Part shown: one piece after another, positions 40,481-51,838 of the stretch
Numbering within the stretch: position 1 is the stretch's first letter
How the letters are laid out: every line of letters begins with the position of its first letter
From: Setoptus koraiensis
Lineage: Eukaryota > Animalia > Arthropoda
Assembly: GCA_048013815.1 (NCBI GenBank)
Contig: CM106586.1
Coordinates: forward strand, 186,001 to 250,000
DNA length: 64,000 nt
Direction: 5' to 3'
The notes under the pieces: model-generated
Told to the model about the DNA's origin: nothing
The model's input: only the letters and a program-made list of their open reading frames with translations
Database searches by the model: none
Program-made: the position numbers and the translations under genes

Positions 40481-40742
40481 AGACTAAAAGAAAAACTAAG
40501 CACCCTAGCCATAAGTGTCATGAATCAATGGCCGAATATAAGATTGCGCGTCATTGAAGGATGGAACGAGGAGGGCATGCATGCCATTAACTCATTGCAT
40601 TACGAGGGTAGAGCTGTCGATATCACCACTAGCGATAAGGATAGATCAAAATATGGAATGTTGGCGAGATTGGCGGTAGAAGCAGGATTTGATTGGGTGC
40701 ACTACGAATCCAGGTCCCATATACATTGCTCAGTAAAATCAG
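40481..40742 (+). CDS. hh: Hedgehog exon 2 (HhN core)
   Basis: Acceptor TTGTAG at 40480. [18 protein letters not shown]...[50 protein letters not shown]. Phase-1 donor GTAAGT at 40743. Confidence 0.97.
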
Positions 40743-41591
40743 GTAAGTCAATCATTCATTTATTGTTCAAGTATATCCCATTTCACACTACCTATCTATC
40801 TATTGTTGCTCCATGCATTTATCATATTGTTATAATTGCTTCTATAGGCCACAATATAACTATACCCACTGTGCGCCTTATGTTTACCGCACCACATATC
40901 GACACATACTTACAAACATTTGTAGGATGTGACAAATGGTGACAAATAAGTTGACGAAAAAATTATGCTGAATTTAATTTTCAAACATGAAAATTTGTCG
41001 TTACACTTAATTGAACAGTGTACGCTATTTGTGTTTGGAATTAATTTCAACAATGATCTTTTTCAATTATAGAAAAACACCTTCTTCTAGTGCCTCTTGG
41101 CACATCCGTTGTTATGTTTTCAATGTTTTTTATAACATCAGACATTTTGCTTTATTGATCCCGCCTCTTGGAATTGAATTGAGTATATTGTGGTAAGAAT
41201 TAGAATGTACAATCCAAAACTACAACGGACTATCAGCATTCACTATGCTGTTGATAAATCTTGTTCCAATATGTTGATGATAAATCTTCGGTATTCTTCT
41301 TTTACAGTTCGTTAATTCTATACATACTTCATAACATTGTAGGTGTTTGTCGTATCTTTTATTAGAATCGATTCTATTGACAGCTATATAAACATACTAT
41401 ACACGAATTCCTATAGGTAGTGAGAATACCTATCAATGATATGCATAAGTCTCTCTTATTGAATTTGCATTAATCAGTTGAAGATCCGTTATGATGTCCC
41501 GCTTATGCAGTATCATCGCCGTAGTATCACAAACGCTTGAACAAACACAATAGTACTTGTAGTATTAATCCCCTCGTCCATTGTTATCAAT

Positions 41592-41636
<45 letters not shown>

Positions 41637-42114
41637 GCTGATAGTGAATTTCAACGAGATCCATTTGTCACATTTTCGAGTAGTTTTCAATTGAATTTGT
41701 TCTAAAGTAATTGGATAAACACAAAATAAGTAAACTACTGGAACAACCTATAAATCTATGTGTCTTTATAGGACAATTGAGATCTGTCAATCTTCTTATT
41801 TCGATTGTTTGGTAGATACTGAGTTTCCACATTGAGGGAATCCAATTCTTTCTACCTGTCTACAATGTTCACGATAGATCGCCTGTTAGTGAATGACTTT
41901 TTTTTATTCAATTTTAGAAATTTGTGATTTTTCGATATCATTGAACGACCCTGGTTTCATATAGAGTGGTCAATTCTCAATGTAACGTCCAATTACCTAC
42001 TCTAATCTAACTAGCATCTAGACCAACTAACATCTAGACTAACTAACATCACTATAACCATTAACCGATAATTGCTCATATTTTAAAATTTCCTTTCACT
42101 TTGTCAATATTTAG

Positions 42115-43214
42115 AAAAATCCGATTCAATACGTAACAATGGTTGCTTTGATGGTGCGAGCATTGTTTACACACCAATAGGACCAACATTCATTTCACAA
42201 CTAAGCATTGATGATAAAGTATTGACCGTGAATCCGGACGATGGTAAAGCAAGATTCAGTCCTGTGATGATGTGGCTAGATGTGAATGAGTCTGGCAAGG
42301 ATCTATTTGTTGAACTAACGACCGAATCAAATCTCACTATTAGGTTAACTTCTTCTCATTTAATCTATGTGTCAGATGATTATTATGAGTTAATCACCAC
42401 TGAAGCGTCAACAAATAGCAATACTCAAACAAATCATAATAGAAATAGTGTTTTCACGAACAGTTCTAATAACAATAGCACAGACGAAGACAAATCTACG
42501 CCCAACAATAAGCCAATTATCAATGGTAATGTCAACTCTAAAACAACATCACTATTAGATCAATATACCTACACTACCTATGCCAGAAATGCTATTATTG
42601 GTCAATATTTATTGACCACTACTCTAAAACCCACCGCCAAGTCAAAAGAAGCTAAGCTGCCGACCATGACACAATCAGATAAGGACAGCTATAACTTGGG
42701 TGAATCTGACCAGTTGAACAAAGATTCAATGGTATACTCTTTGATAGAAGATTCGGTCGGTCAACAACCAACCTTTGAATCAGATGATGTCCAGTTACGT
42801 CTCGACAAGATAGCTAGTATCAATTACAATGTTCGACTAGGAATATATGCACCATTGACTCAAGATGGAAATTTAGTTGTAAACTCATTAGTAGCATCAT
42901 GTTACGCTGTCATAAGTGACCAAGATTTAGCTCATCTATCATTCTTGCCAGTAAGATGGTATTATTCTTTGAAAAGCTACATTTTCGATCACATTGTGTC
43001 CGGTGGGTATATGAAAGGTCGTCTCAGCTTTGATCACGATAGAACTCCAGAAATCCATCCACTCCACAATGGCATTCATAGAAATATGGACACACATAAG
43101 GGTCTATCTAATGATAAAGCTCAAGCCCGGGAAAAACAAGTAGGAGTTCATTGGTATCCATCCATACTATATAGATTAGCAAGGATCTTATTACCTACGA
43201 GTTATTTATATTGA
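42115..43214 (+). CDS. hh: Hedgehog exon 3 (G|CF autocleavage site, Hint domain, sterol-recognition region)
   Basis: Acceptor TTTAG at 42114. NNG|CF at 42141-42149, LTSSHLIYV (TxxH), GIYAPLTQDGNLVVNSLVASCYA, LAHLSFLPVRW, GVHWYPSILY. Stop at 43214. Confidence 0.95.
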
Positions 43215-43340
43215 TTCTATAGTCAAGAATCTATCCGATAAATTCTTGAAGAATAATCTGAAGTGGTAGTTATAATTCCTCTATGTTTAATAAATGTACA
43301 CCAAATTTCTTTTACATAAACACTTTTTGACTCACAATCA

Positions 43341-44552
43341 TTATCCCCATCCCCTTTGATGAGCATTTGGTTTGCCACCTTTCATGTGTCGGAAGAAATC
43401 ACGAGAATTTCCATAATTATTGGTCTGATAGTCCGGTTTGAAGTGTTTCGTACAATTATGCGTAGAGGTTCTAGCCAAAAGGTCGTTTAGATCGTAAGAC
43501 GTGGGTGCATGTAATGATTCAGCGTGCAGGGTTTGGTCATATTTAAATTTTTCTTTAGCATCAGAGAGGACTTTATATGCCTCCGAAGCTTCTTTGAACA
43601 GTTTTTCTTCAATTCTACGACTCACTACATCAGCGTCTGAGTGCCTATCTGGATGATGCTTTAGTGCTCGGAGTCTATAAGCACGTTTGAGGTCGCCCTG
43701 GGTGAATTCGCGAGGGAGGCCAAGAATTTGATAATAATCCCTCTTTTTAACTCCTTCACATTTATTTCTCCAATGGTGTAGCGCTAATGTATATTCTCTA
43801 TTATTTTTGTCTAATTCACACATGTATTCGTAAGCAATAGTTGCCTCTTCGAATTTCCCAATGAGCCCATAAAGTTCCGCTCTCTTGAGGTAGGCCTTAA
43901 TATAATTGCTATCTAATTTGACGGCCTCGATGCACTCACTGATGGCAACATTGTTCGAGTTTAATTTCGAAAGAGCCATGGCTTTATTGAAATGCAGGAT
44001 AGCCATCATTTGAGTATCATTAATTTCTTTAGCCTCTCTGAGTGCCCTTGAGTACAATTTGAGAGCTTCCTCATAACGATGACTCCTAAAATTGACATTT
44101 CCTTGTTCTTTCAGTGACATCACCATATCACCTCTGGATGGCGGTGAGGATGGTGGTGGTGGTGGTGGTGGCGAGGATGGCGCTGGTGAGGATAATATTG
44201 GTGAGGATAATATTGGTGAGGATGCTAGTGCTGGTGAGGATGCTAGTGCTGGTGAGGATGCTAGTGCTGGTGAGGATGCTAGTGCTGGTGAAGATGATGG
44301 AGGTGAGGATCGTGGAGGTGAGGATCGTGGAGGTGACGAGGATGGTGGCGGTGAGGATAACATTGGTGAGGAGGACAGTGTCTGTTGTGGCGAGGATGGT
44401 GCTGACGACAGCGGTGTTGATGGCGCTGAATCGCGTAATTCAATTAGAATGGGCTCCTTGTCCACGTCCACGGTAACATTTAAGAATTCAACCTCATCGG
44501 TATCCGTATAATCCTCATCATCAATTAATATAGTTTCAGAAATGAAGCTCAT
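43341..44552 (-). CDS. DNAJC7: DNAJC7-like co-chaperone: 3 TPRs and a J domain, with an acidic/hydrophobic N-terminus and Ser-Pro repeat linker
   Basis: LKEQGNVNF..YEEALKLYSRAL, LHFNKAMALSKL, AVKLDSNYIKAYLKRAELY, then KKRDYYQILG...KRAYRLRALKHHPDRH...FKEASEAYKVLSD...YD with HPD intact. The likely start is MSFISET at 44552; the ORF opens at 44615. Confidence 0.8.
   Translation of the reverse strand: MSFISETILIDDEDYTDTDEVEFLNVTVDVDKEPILIELRDSAPSTPLSSAPSSPQQTLSSSPMLSSPPPSSSPPRSSPPRSSPPSSSPALASSPALASSPALASSPALASSPILSSPILSSPAPSSPPPPPPPSSPPSRGDMVMSLKEQGNVNFRSHRYEEALKLYSRALREAKEINDTQMMAILHFNKAMALSKLNSNNVAISECIEAVKLDSNYIKAYLKRAELYGLIGKFEEATIAYEYMCELDKNNREYTLALHHWRNKCEGVKKRDYYQILGLPREFTQGDLKRAYRLRALKHHPDRHSDADVVSRRIEEKLFKEASEAYKVLSDAKEKFKYDQTLHAESLHAPTSYDLNDLLARTSTHNCTKHFKPDYQTNNYGNSRDFFRHMKGGKPNAHQRGWG
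44140..44420 (-). repeat. Coding minisatellite: 18-bp (SSPALA) x4 plus 15-bp (SSPIL, SSPPR) units
   Basis: GATGCTAGTGCTGGTGAG repeated across 44221-44292; GATAATATTGGTGAG x2; GATCGTGGAGGTGAG x2. Confidence 0.93.
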
Positions 44553-44879
44553 TTTAACAATTAGTTGATTATTAATGATAATAATACATACATACATAGA
44601 TATAAAATAATTCAAGTCGATGCACGAAGTGACGAACTCACCTAATGGAAAAAAATTTCATTCGATGCAGTCAAAACAGCTGCGAATGAAACAACTTGCG
44701 CGCAATTCAAATGCACGATAGAAATACATGGTGTCACATTAACTTTGCAATGGATGCTATACAACATGTGCAACAGAACACATGTGGGCTGGATTGCACG
44801 AAAAGGCATGCAGAGGCAGGTCCGATTAGCAAGACTAGTCAAGTTCGATATATCATAATACACAAATAATTGAAAGAAA

Positions 44880-45932
44880 ATGTTTTCTTCTATAAGCTTA
44901 TTGAGGCGCCCCAACGGACTAAATGGATTCATTCAAACAAGAGGAGCAGCCAGGAAGGGCAAGCGTATTAAGGCGGCGATGGAGGCGAGAAAGAAGGCCA
45001 ATGCAAGAAAGGAAGAAGAAAAATTGAATCCGAAGAAAAAGAAGACTCAGCATAACACCGTTAAGGTGGACAAGGGTCAGCTGAGGTTCCTCGATGAATA
45101 TTCGAGAGACTCATTGCCTATGCCACCCCAAGATGATGTCTACTTCATGAGTTCATTCAGGAAACCTAGATTTTCGTTCGAAGAATGTATAGAATTCCAT
45201 CGTCAAGCAGTGCATCCCACAGTTCTAAATCTACCAAATAGTATTGTTGAGGCCAGAATAGAACTCAATTTGAAGCTCAAACAAAAAAAGAAGAAATATA
45301 TAGAAAGGTTTGCTTCTACTTTATGCTATCCTAATTTATTCAACAGCACCTTGAGACCGCGAAAAATTATTGCCTTGTCAAAAGATGATACCGACCAAGT
45401 GGAGGCTAAGAAAGCAGGAGCATTTATTTCTGGCGGAATGGATGTTATCAATCTTCTCAAAACCTCTCAAATTACCTATCGTGATTTTGATTACCTCGTG
45501 TGCCACAACAACATATTACTAGATTTAGCCAATACGAAAGGCATGAGAGCATCTAGTTTTTTCCCGAATAATCAGAGAGGCAATTTCGGAGATGATATTG
45601 TTGCGTTGGTCAAATTCTTCAAGAATGGATTAGATTATGAATTAATCAAAGAGGAAAAAGACAAATCCATTGGCTGTGTTGATTGCGCATTTGGTCGGTT
45701 GGATATGCCGATCGAACACTTAAGAGAGAATATAATAGAATTTATGAAGTCGGTGAATCGATTTAAACCAGTGAATATGGCGGACGATCTGCAGTTCTTT
45801 AATAGAGTCCTAATTAAAACACCCAGCACAAATGAACTGTTTGTGATGAAATTTTGGAACCTCATGGAGGATTATGTCGATCCAGATGAACAAGAAAAAG
45901 AAGAGGAAATTGAAGAGAGTGAAGTCTGTTAA
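44880..45932 (+). CDS. MRPL1: Mitochondrial ribosomal protein L1 (uL1m)
   Basis: Basic presequence-like N-terminus, RGAARKGKRIK, FIEFHRQAVHPTV-type segment, AKKAGAFISGG, CAFGRLDMPIEHLRENI. Ribosomal L1 pattern; intronless. Confidence 0.88.
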   Translation: MFSSISLLRRPNGLNGFIQTRGAARKGKRIKAAMEARKKANARKEEEKLNPKKKKTQHNTVKVDKGQLRFLDEYSRDSLPMPPQDDVYFMSSFRKPRFSFEECIEFHRQAVHPTVLNLPNSIVEARIELNLKLKQKKKKYIERFASTLCYPNLFNSTLRPRKIIALSKDDTDQVEAKKAGAFISGGMDVINLLKTSQITYRDFDYLVCHNNILLDLANTKGMRASSFFPNNQRGNFGDDIVALVKFFKNGLDYELIKEEKDKSIGCVDCAFGRLDMPIEHLRENIIEFMKSVNRFKPVNMADDLQFFNRVLIKTPSTNELFVMKFWNLMEDYVDPDEQEKEEEIEESEVC

Positions 45933-47246
45933 TAGTGTAATGAAATTTTTGTAGAATACTCTGAATATTGAGATCCTTCAACATAATGAGCATTGTTGCA
46001 GAGATTTGTTCGATGAACTTAACAAAGAATCGCACTTAGTATTTAAACTATCTCTCGCACAAAGCTTCCAGTATCAAGATTAGTTTCATATATGTTGAAG
46101 CTAGAAAAAAGATTCTATCTAAGCTGATTGTTGAAGTAAGATTTTAGCAGTATTAATTGTGCCTCTATGAACTTGGCACCCCTGCCAAGTTTCTCTTCCT
46201 CAATGCAAATGATTTGAATGTCGCATAGCTCAATTGTACGATGCCCGTGTGTTTGTTCGACACCCTTACAAGTCTAGCTATTCAAAAGAATTCAACGAGT
46301 CCCTTATATTGCAAGCAAAGAGATCACATAAATATAATCATAAATCATTGTAGTATTGTATCACTTTGGAGGATCTCAATTGATGAGACCATAGTTTTTT
46401 TGGATGACCAATTCTAAAAATAAATGTATCGATAACCGAATAATGTTGAAGGATATTGCGCAGGATGTAAAAGAATTAAGGTTCACTGATCATTAATCTA
46501 ATTCAAAATTAATAGTATTTTATACGGTGTGGAATTTAGGACTACAGTTGCAATTGTACTAACGATTGTTAGAATGCCGAACCTTTGAATACTCGCAATG
46601 ATCGGAACATTTATGCACGAATAATATTACAATATATGGTAGTCGTTCTTCTCAAGTCTTTCTGTTGATTTAAAAGGTTAGTACGAGTGAAAAGAATCCT
46701 AACGCCATTTGAATAATCAGCTATGAAAGAATAGATTAAAGTCAAATTCAAATGAAAAACTATGTGTGCGGCTGCCTCTGCAAACTCAACTAATTCCTGT
46801 GACATGGATTTGACATAACATCTTGAGTTGTGTGAAGTTATGACAGAGAATCTCGTCTTTCTTCACATCACAATAGTAACAATGCCGAGACTGATTCTGT
46901 TTTTGAACCAATGAATAACTTATTCTCACATAGAGACAGACATTCAATTGAGTAAACTAAAGAGAATACGAGATGATAGGAATAAAGGGATGCATTGATA
47001 ATAAGATTCCATAACATTAATGAATGAATCACCTCAGAGTCTCCGTCCATTGTTTAAACTCGTATACAACAATCAATGGCTGACGAAAATAAGTTAATTT
47101 TCGAGAATAGTATAGATAGCATGATTAATAATAACAATATTAAAGCAGTATATAGTTGAAACCCACCAGCAAAAACAACACTTACGTATCGGTAACAGAA
47201 TATTCAAACTTTAAGCTATTTTGTCTCAATAAACACATATACCATC

Positions 47247-49225
47247 ATGTTTCCGGCAGTTCGCAGGATGTCGGCTATGTGGTCCAATATTCAGGATGTA
47301 TCATCTGTTGCTCTATCTAGTATTAAAGATTCTAGTGCCAACCAACAGAGTGGTGCTCACAACAAGCAATTCTCATTGGTAGGTAACAGTGAGAAAGGCA
47401 AAACTTAAAAGGAAACGATACAAAATCTAATACTCATTCTTGATGTCACATTGAATTATTAGTGCATGGATAGACTATCGGATGAGGTGTTACTTAGGAT
47501 ATTTTCTTATTTGCCACATAAGGAAGTCATAAGATTGTCGACAGTTTGCAAAAGATGGCAAAAGATTTCAAATGATTCAAGATTATGGACTCAAGTTTCA
47601 TTGAGGCCTGAGATATCTGGACTTCACGTAACTAATATGGATCAACTTATAAATATTATATCAGTGAGATTTGGTAAATAGTAGCACTATAAGTTCTCAT
47701 TATTGCGCAGAATATTAGCATATAAATAGCTTTAAATCACTATTAACTATCTTTCTTTCATCATATCGAATCAATTAGGTTCATCGCTACGTTATATTGA
47801 GCTTCCAATAGAACTCATAACTCATACAGTCCTCCATGAACTAGCATCCAAATGTCCCAACCTTAATCAAATTTTATTGGACTTCTCTACAGCGATGCAA
47901 TTGCATGATTTCAATGCCCTTTATTCATTTCCTACTAAATTGAGGACCATGTGCATCTGTTTATCGGAAGTTATATTTATGGAAGGTTTTATGCGAAAGA
48001 TTTACAATTTTATAAATGGTCTTCAAGTATTACACCTGATTGGAACTTATGAAAGAGCTGTCGAGCACACTGAAGAAGAGACAGAAGAGATTTATGAAGT
48101 AATAAATATTCATAAGTTACGGAGTGCAGTTCCTAATCTACGTATCATCAATTTATTTGGTATAAATTTTATTGATGACAGTCATGTGGAATCATTCAGT
48201 AATAGTTGCTTGGATCTAGAGTTTCTTGGCTTGAACTTCTGTTCAAAATTCAATGGTAGCTCCCTGGGAGTGCTTTTTCAAAGGTGCAAGCGCTTGAAAT
48301 CATTACTCATGCAACAAACAGGTGAGATAAGGCCACTCTAAATTATATGATTTCCTCACTCACAGAATTTCGATTTACAAAGATAAAAATTTGCAATCTT
48401 GTTTTAGACTTACAACTAGGGAATATCATGTCTATAGATTGGGAGAAGACAAATCTACAAGAATTAGACATCACTGGTACAGAGTTATCAAGTGACTGTT
48501 TAATTCATGTTCTCACGAGGTAAACATCTGCTTTTCAGACCTTCCTTTCCTTTATCTACCCCCTAATCTAGATACCTCACTAATTCGATTGCTTATTGCT
48601 CTTTGTACAAATTGATAGAATACCCGCTCTCAGGTACTTGAGCGCGGGTCAGCAAGATGGTTTCACAAATCGCGTATTGAAAGAATACCTGGACAAAGGA
48701 AATTACAAAAGCCTGATTGGAGTAGATTTTGATAGTAATGAAAACTTGACAGACGAAGCTCTATTAAGATTTATTAAAGTTCAAGGTGTGCACCTTAAAG
48801 GATTAAGATTATCTGGAATACCTCAATTAACAGAGCCCTTTTGGATAACTGTTTTACCTTATTTGCGACAAGTGAAAATCCTAGTTATGGGCATGCCAGT
48901 GGGTTGCTGTCAGAAGATATCGCAGAAGATACACATAGATTCTCTGATAGATTCCATTGCGAATAATTGTCTCAATGTTCAGCGGTTAGAAGTTAGTTGG
49001 GATGCGGAAACATTAAGATTTAGCGATCGAAGTAGCAAGGCAGTTGATCTGATCAGATTGAAATGCCTGAGTCTCAATTGTTGGGTCCTGAGTGACGGCA
49101 AATATTTCGAAATGGTCAAGTCAAATTTCGAGCGAGCTGATAGGAAAACAGTTGTCAGATCTTCAATCAATTGCAAAGTAACTCTGGTTTATTTATTGAC
49201 CCACTACAGAGATTTAGTTTTTTAG
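47247..49225 (+). CDS. F-box/LRR-repeat protein, 5 exons, ~534 aa
   Basis: join(47247-47378, 47463-47673, 47779-48321, 48408-48519, 48619-49225), all GT-AG and in phase. F-box MDRLSDEVLLRIFSYL...VCKRWQKISND, followed by LRRs (LASKCPNL, LRIINL, LEFLGLNFC, LQELDITGT). Confidence 0.92.
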
Positions 49226-49320
49226 TGAAAGAGCGACGAGAATAAAATTATAAACGTCATCATTTGTGTGGATTTTTCTTGAAATGACTTATTATATATA
49301 TCAACAAGATGTATGAGTAA

Positions 49321-49806
49321 TCATTTGGGTTTTTTATTTTTGAACAAGGCCTTCTTGCTCTTGTGGTGATATTTTAGTTTCTGTATGCCAGCATTGCGAG
49401 GATTCTTCTTGAAGTGCCTGTAAGTTTTGGACATAGTCTCGATGACTTTGGCTTTGTGCTGTGGCCAATTCTTCGTTGATTCTTTTCTGGCTTCTTGATT
49501 GAAGAAGTTATTCTGAAGATCACTATCTTGAACAAAAAAGTTCATATCCTCATTGAATATCACTATGTCCATTTCTACGGCTCTTTGAAGGATCTTTTGA
49601 TGATCTTCGTCATCAGCATCTTTGTCGACCATATCTTCAGGCTGCTCTAGGAATCGCCCAATTTTTTCGGCGATTTTGGGCCTATTAGGTGCTTCAATAA
49701 TAGGCTTTGTTGGCTTTTCTTTAATCGTGAAGGGACATTCAGGTTTATTGAACTCGTTTTCTAACTTTAATAAGTCAGAGTTGTTCATCGATGCTTTTTT
49801 AGCCAT
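49321..49806 (-). CDS. Small charged protein, possibly NOPCHAP1/C12orf45 (DUF4598)-like
   Basis: 161-aa ORF from MAKKAS at 49806. KIAEKIGRFLEQ and RAVEMDIVIF loosely resemble the DUF4598 segments LLDQVQTFLPQ and KVIQMDVALF. Lysine-rich C-terminus. The family call is weak. Confidence 0.45.
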   Translation of the reverse strand: MAKKASMNNSDLLKLENEFNKPECPFTIKEKPTKPIIEAPNRPKIAEKIGRFLEQPEDMVDKDADDEDHQKILQRAVEMDIVIFNEDMNFFVQDSDLQNNFFNQEARKESTKNWPQHKAKVIETMSKTYRHFKKNPRNAGIQKLKYHHKSKKALFKNKKPK

Positions 49807-50359
49807 CTCAAGCTGGATATATAAATAGTAAATAATTAATTTAAATGGAGACGGCGATTTTAGCAGGATTGTGGATGGCATGTGGCAATCGATCACAGAG
49901 ATGTACCGTGTGGAAATCTGCCTATGTCTTCGGGCCTAGTTCAAGAGAAAGGCGCCAGGGGCGCTCGCGGCGGCCTAAAAATGCACTGAAAGGCTTGAAG
50001 TGTCTCGATAAATTTTCCGTTTTTTCTTCTTTTTTTCTTGTTGATTTGTTTTTCGATTGCTCATTCGATCTCACGCACGAAAAATGCGTGTACAAAAAGC
50101 GACCTCGAGCGGTTTTTACTTGGACTACAGCCAAAGACATTGGCAGATTTCCACCCGGTACAGAGAGAAAGCTACTGTTTTCATATTTGAGACGTTAATG
50201 TGGGCGGTTCATTTGAAATTACACGTGCTTTAAGAACCGTACCCTGTCTGGCAAGCTAGAATAATTTCTTTACAGCTGTTACAATCAATCACAAGGTACT
50301 CTAACAAACTATAACAAATTGTAACAAGTTACTATTTATTTTATCTCCTATTCTCAACA

Positions 50360-51634
50360 ATGGTTAATGCAAAAAAAATCCTCAGAGTATTGGACGGCGT
50401 TACTTCTAGGGAGCCAATCTCGTTATCTTCGCTTGACCATTATGAAAGTGAGATGCTCAAAGCTATTAAGAGAAAGGATGGTGATAAGTTATCCATTCTC
50501 CTCGGATTCGACATTTGTTCATCGTCTAATATAGATTACATTCTTCAACAGAAACTCAATGACTCATTCAAACTGCCTCATTATGAATGGTACAATTTAT
50601 TCAAGTATCATGTAAGAGTTTTACGTTTATTACGTATCGATAAACACATCGAGGCTTTCGCGCTGAAGGAAGAGTCCACTACATCTTTTATAGAAATTAT
50701 GCGTGAAACTCAAGATTGGTTTTTGCCTGTGTTGCACAAATTTTCCAGAGATCTTAGACAACTCTCAATACTAGCCGAGGAGGACGCATCGAATCGACGA
50801 GCCTTCAATCTCAAAGAAGCACAAGAAATACAAAAAATTCCAAAACCTGATGCTCTCTTCGAACGGGCCGCTGAGTGCTTGATGAAATTCTTCAGGACCT
50901 GTCATAATGGGTCGGATATGCATAAAGGGATGGCCGTGGTGGCGAATCAACTGTTCAAGCTCTATAAAAAGTTTGATAAAATCCATCTTTTTAAACCCAT
51001 CATCAGGGCTTTAAGAATAACAGAGATAACATCACACAGTAGTCTAGCTCAGCGAGTAACGTTCAGCTATCACGATGGATTAGTAGCTATACTTGAACAC
51101 AACCCTGCAGATGCTGAAGGTAAATTAGAGTTTGCTTATAGAAATTGCCACCCTACGAGCATGAAAAACAGATTTCTCTGTCTAGTCTATCTCATACCGA
51201 TCAAGATGCAATTTGGAATTATGCCCAATGATAAGCTTTTGGAGAAATACAACCTCACAAGATACTACCAGCCTATCAAGAAGTCTGTGCTCTCTGGTAA
51301 TATCGATCATCTGAATGCTGCTCTTGAAAAAAATCGTCGCTTCTTCTCCAAATACGGCGTCAACAATGTTCTTGAAAAGCTACGCATCTTGTGCTATAGG
51401 AATCTTTTCAAGAAAGCGATTCTTTCCTTACGTACACATATCATACCTATTGAAACGCTGAAAATAGCATTAAGAGTAGTCAGCAATGAAGAGAGGACCA
51501 GCGAAGATATAATCTGCATTCTGACTAACCTCATTTATGTCGGTCGACTCAAGGGATATATATCTATCAGTCAAGAGAAGCTTGTTGTGTCCAAAGTCGA
51601 TCCGTTTCCAAAGAAAATAGCGTATATTGAATGA
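50360..51634 (+). CDS. PCID2: PCI domain-containing protein 2 (TREX-2 Thp1/CSN12 homolog)
   Basis: VANQLFKLYKK...HLFKPIIRAL, QRVTFSYHDG, LVYLIPIKMQFGIMP, CYRNLFKK, CILTNLIYVGRLKGYIS...LVVSKVDPFP. Intronless. Confidence 0.92.
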   Translation: MVNAKKILRVLDGVTSREPISLSSLDHYESEMLKAIKRKDGDKLSILLGFDICSSSNIDYILQQKLNDSFKLPHYEWYNLFKYHVRVLRLLRIDKHIEAFALKEESTTSFIEIMRETQDWFLPVLHKFSRDLRQLSILAEEDASNRRAFNLKEAQEIQKIPKPDALFERAAECLMKFFRTCHNGSDMHKGMAVVANQLFKLYKKFDKIHLFKPIIRALRITEITSHSSLAQRVTFSYHDGLVAILEHNPADAEGKLEFAYRNCHPTSMKNRFLCLVYLIPIKMQFGIMPNDKLLEKYNLTRYYQPIKKSVLSGNIDHLNAALEKNRRFFSKYGVNNVLEKLRILCYRNLFKKAILSLRTHIIPIETLKIALRVVSNEERTSEDIICILTNLIYVGRLKGYISISQEKLVVSKVDPFPKKIAYIE

Positions 51635-51838
51635 CAAGGCTGTAGCCAACGAGTTGTATTCTTTCGATTAAAGAAAAACTGATCTCTTTCATGGTCATAT
51701 TACAATAAATTTGTCATCTTTCATTGATTGATATTTAGTACTTTATAAGCGAGTTATTTTGCTTTTTTGCTAAAGAAAATCCAAAATAAATAATAATTCT
51801 TACTTGAAATTTTTCAAGGTGTTCGTTTGTTTGCAGAA

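Noticed and set aside
44092-44511. Plus-strand G/E/D-rich ORFs
   Set aside because: Antisense shadows of the SSP repeat in the DNAJC7-like CDS.
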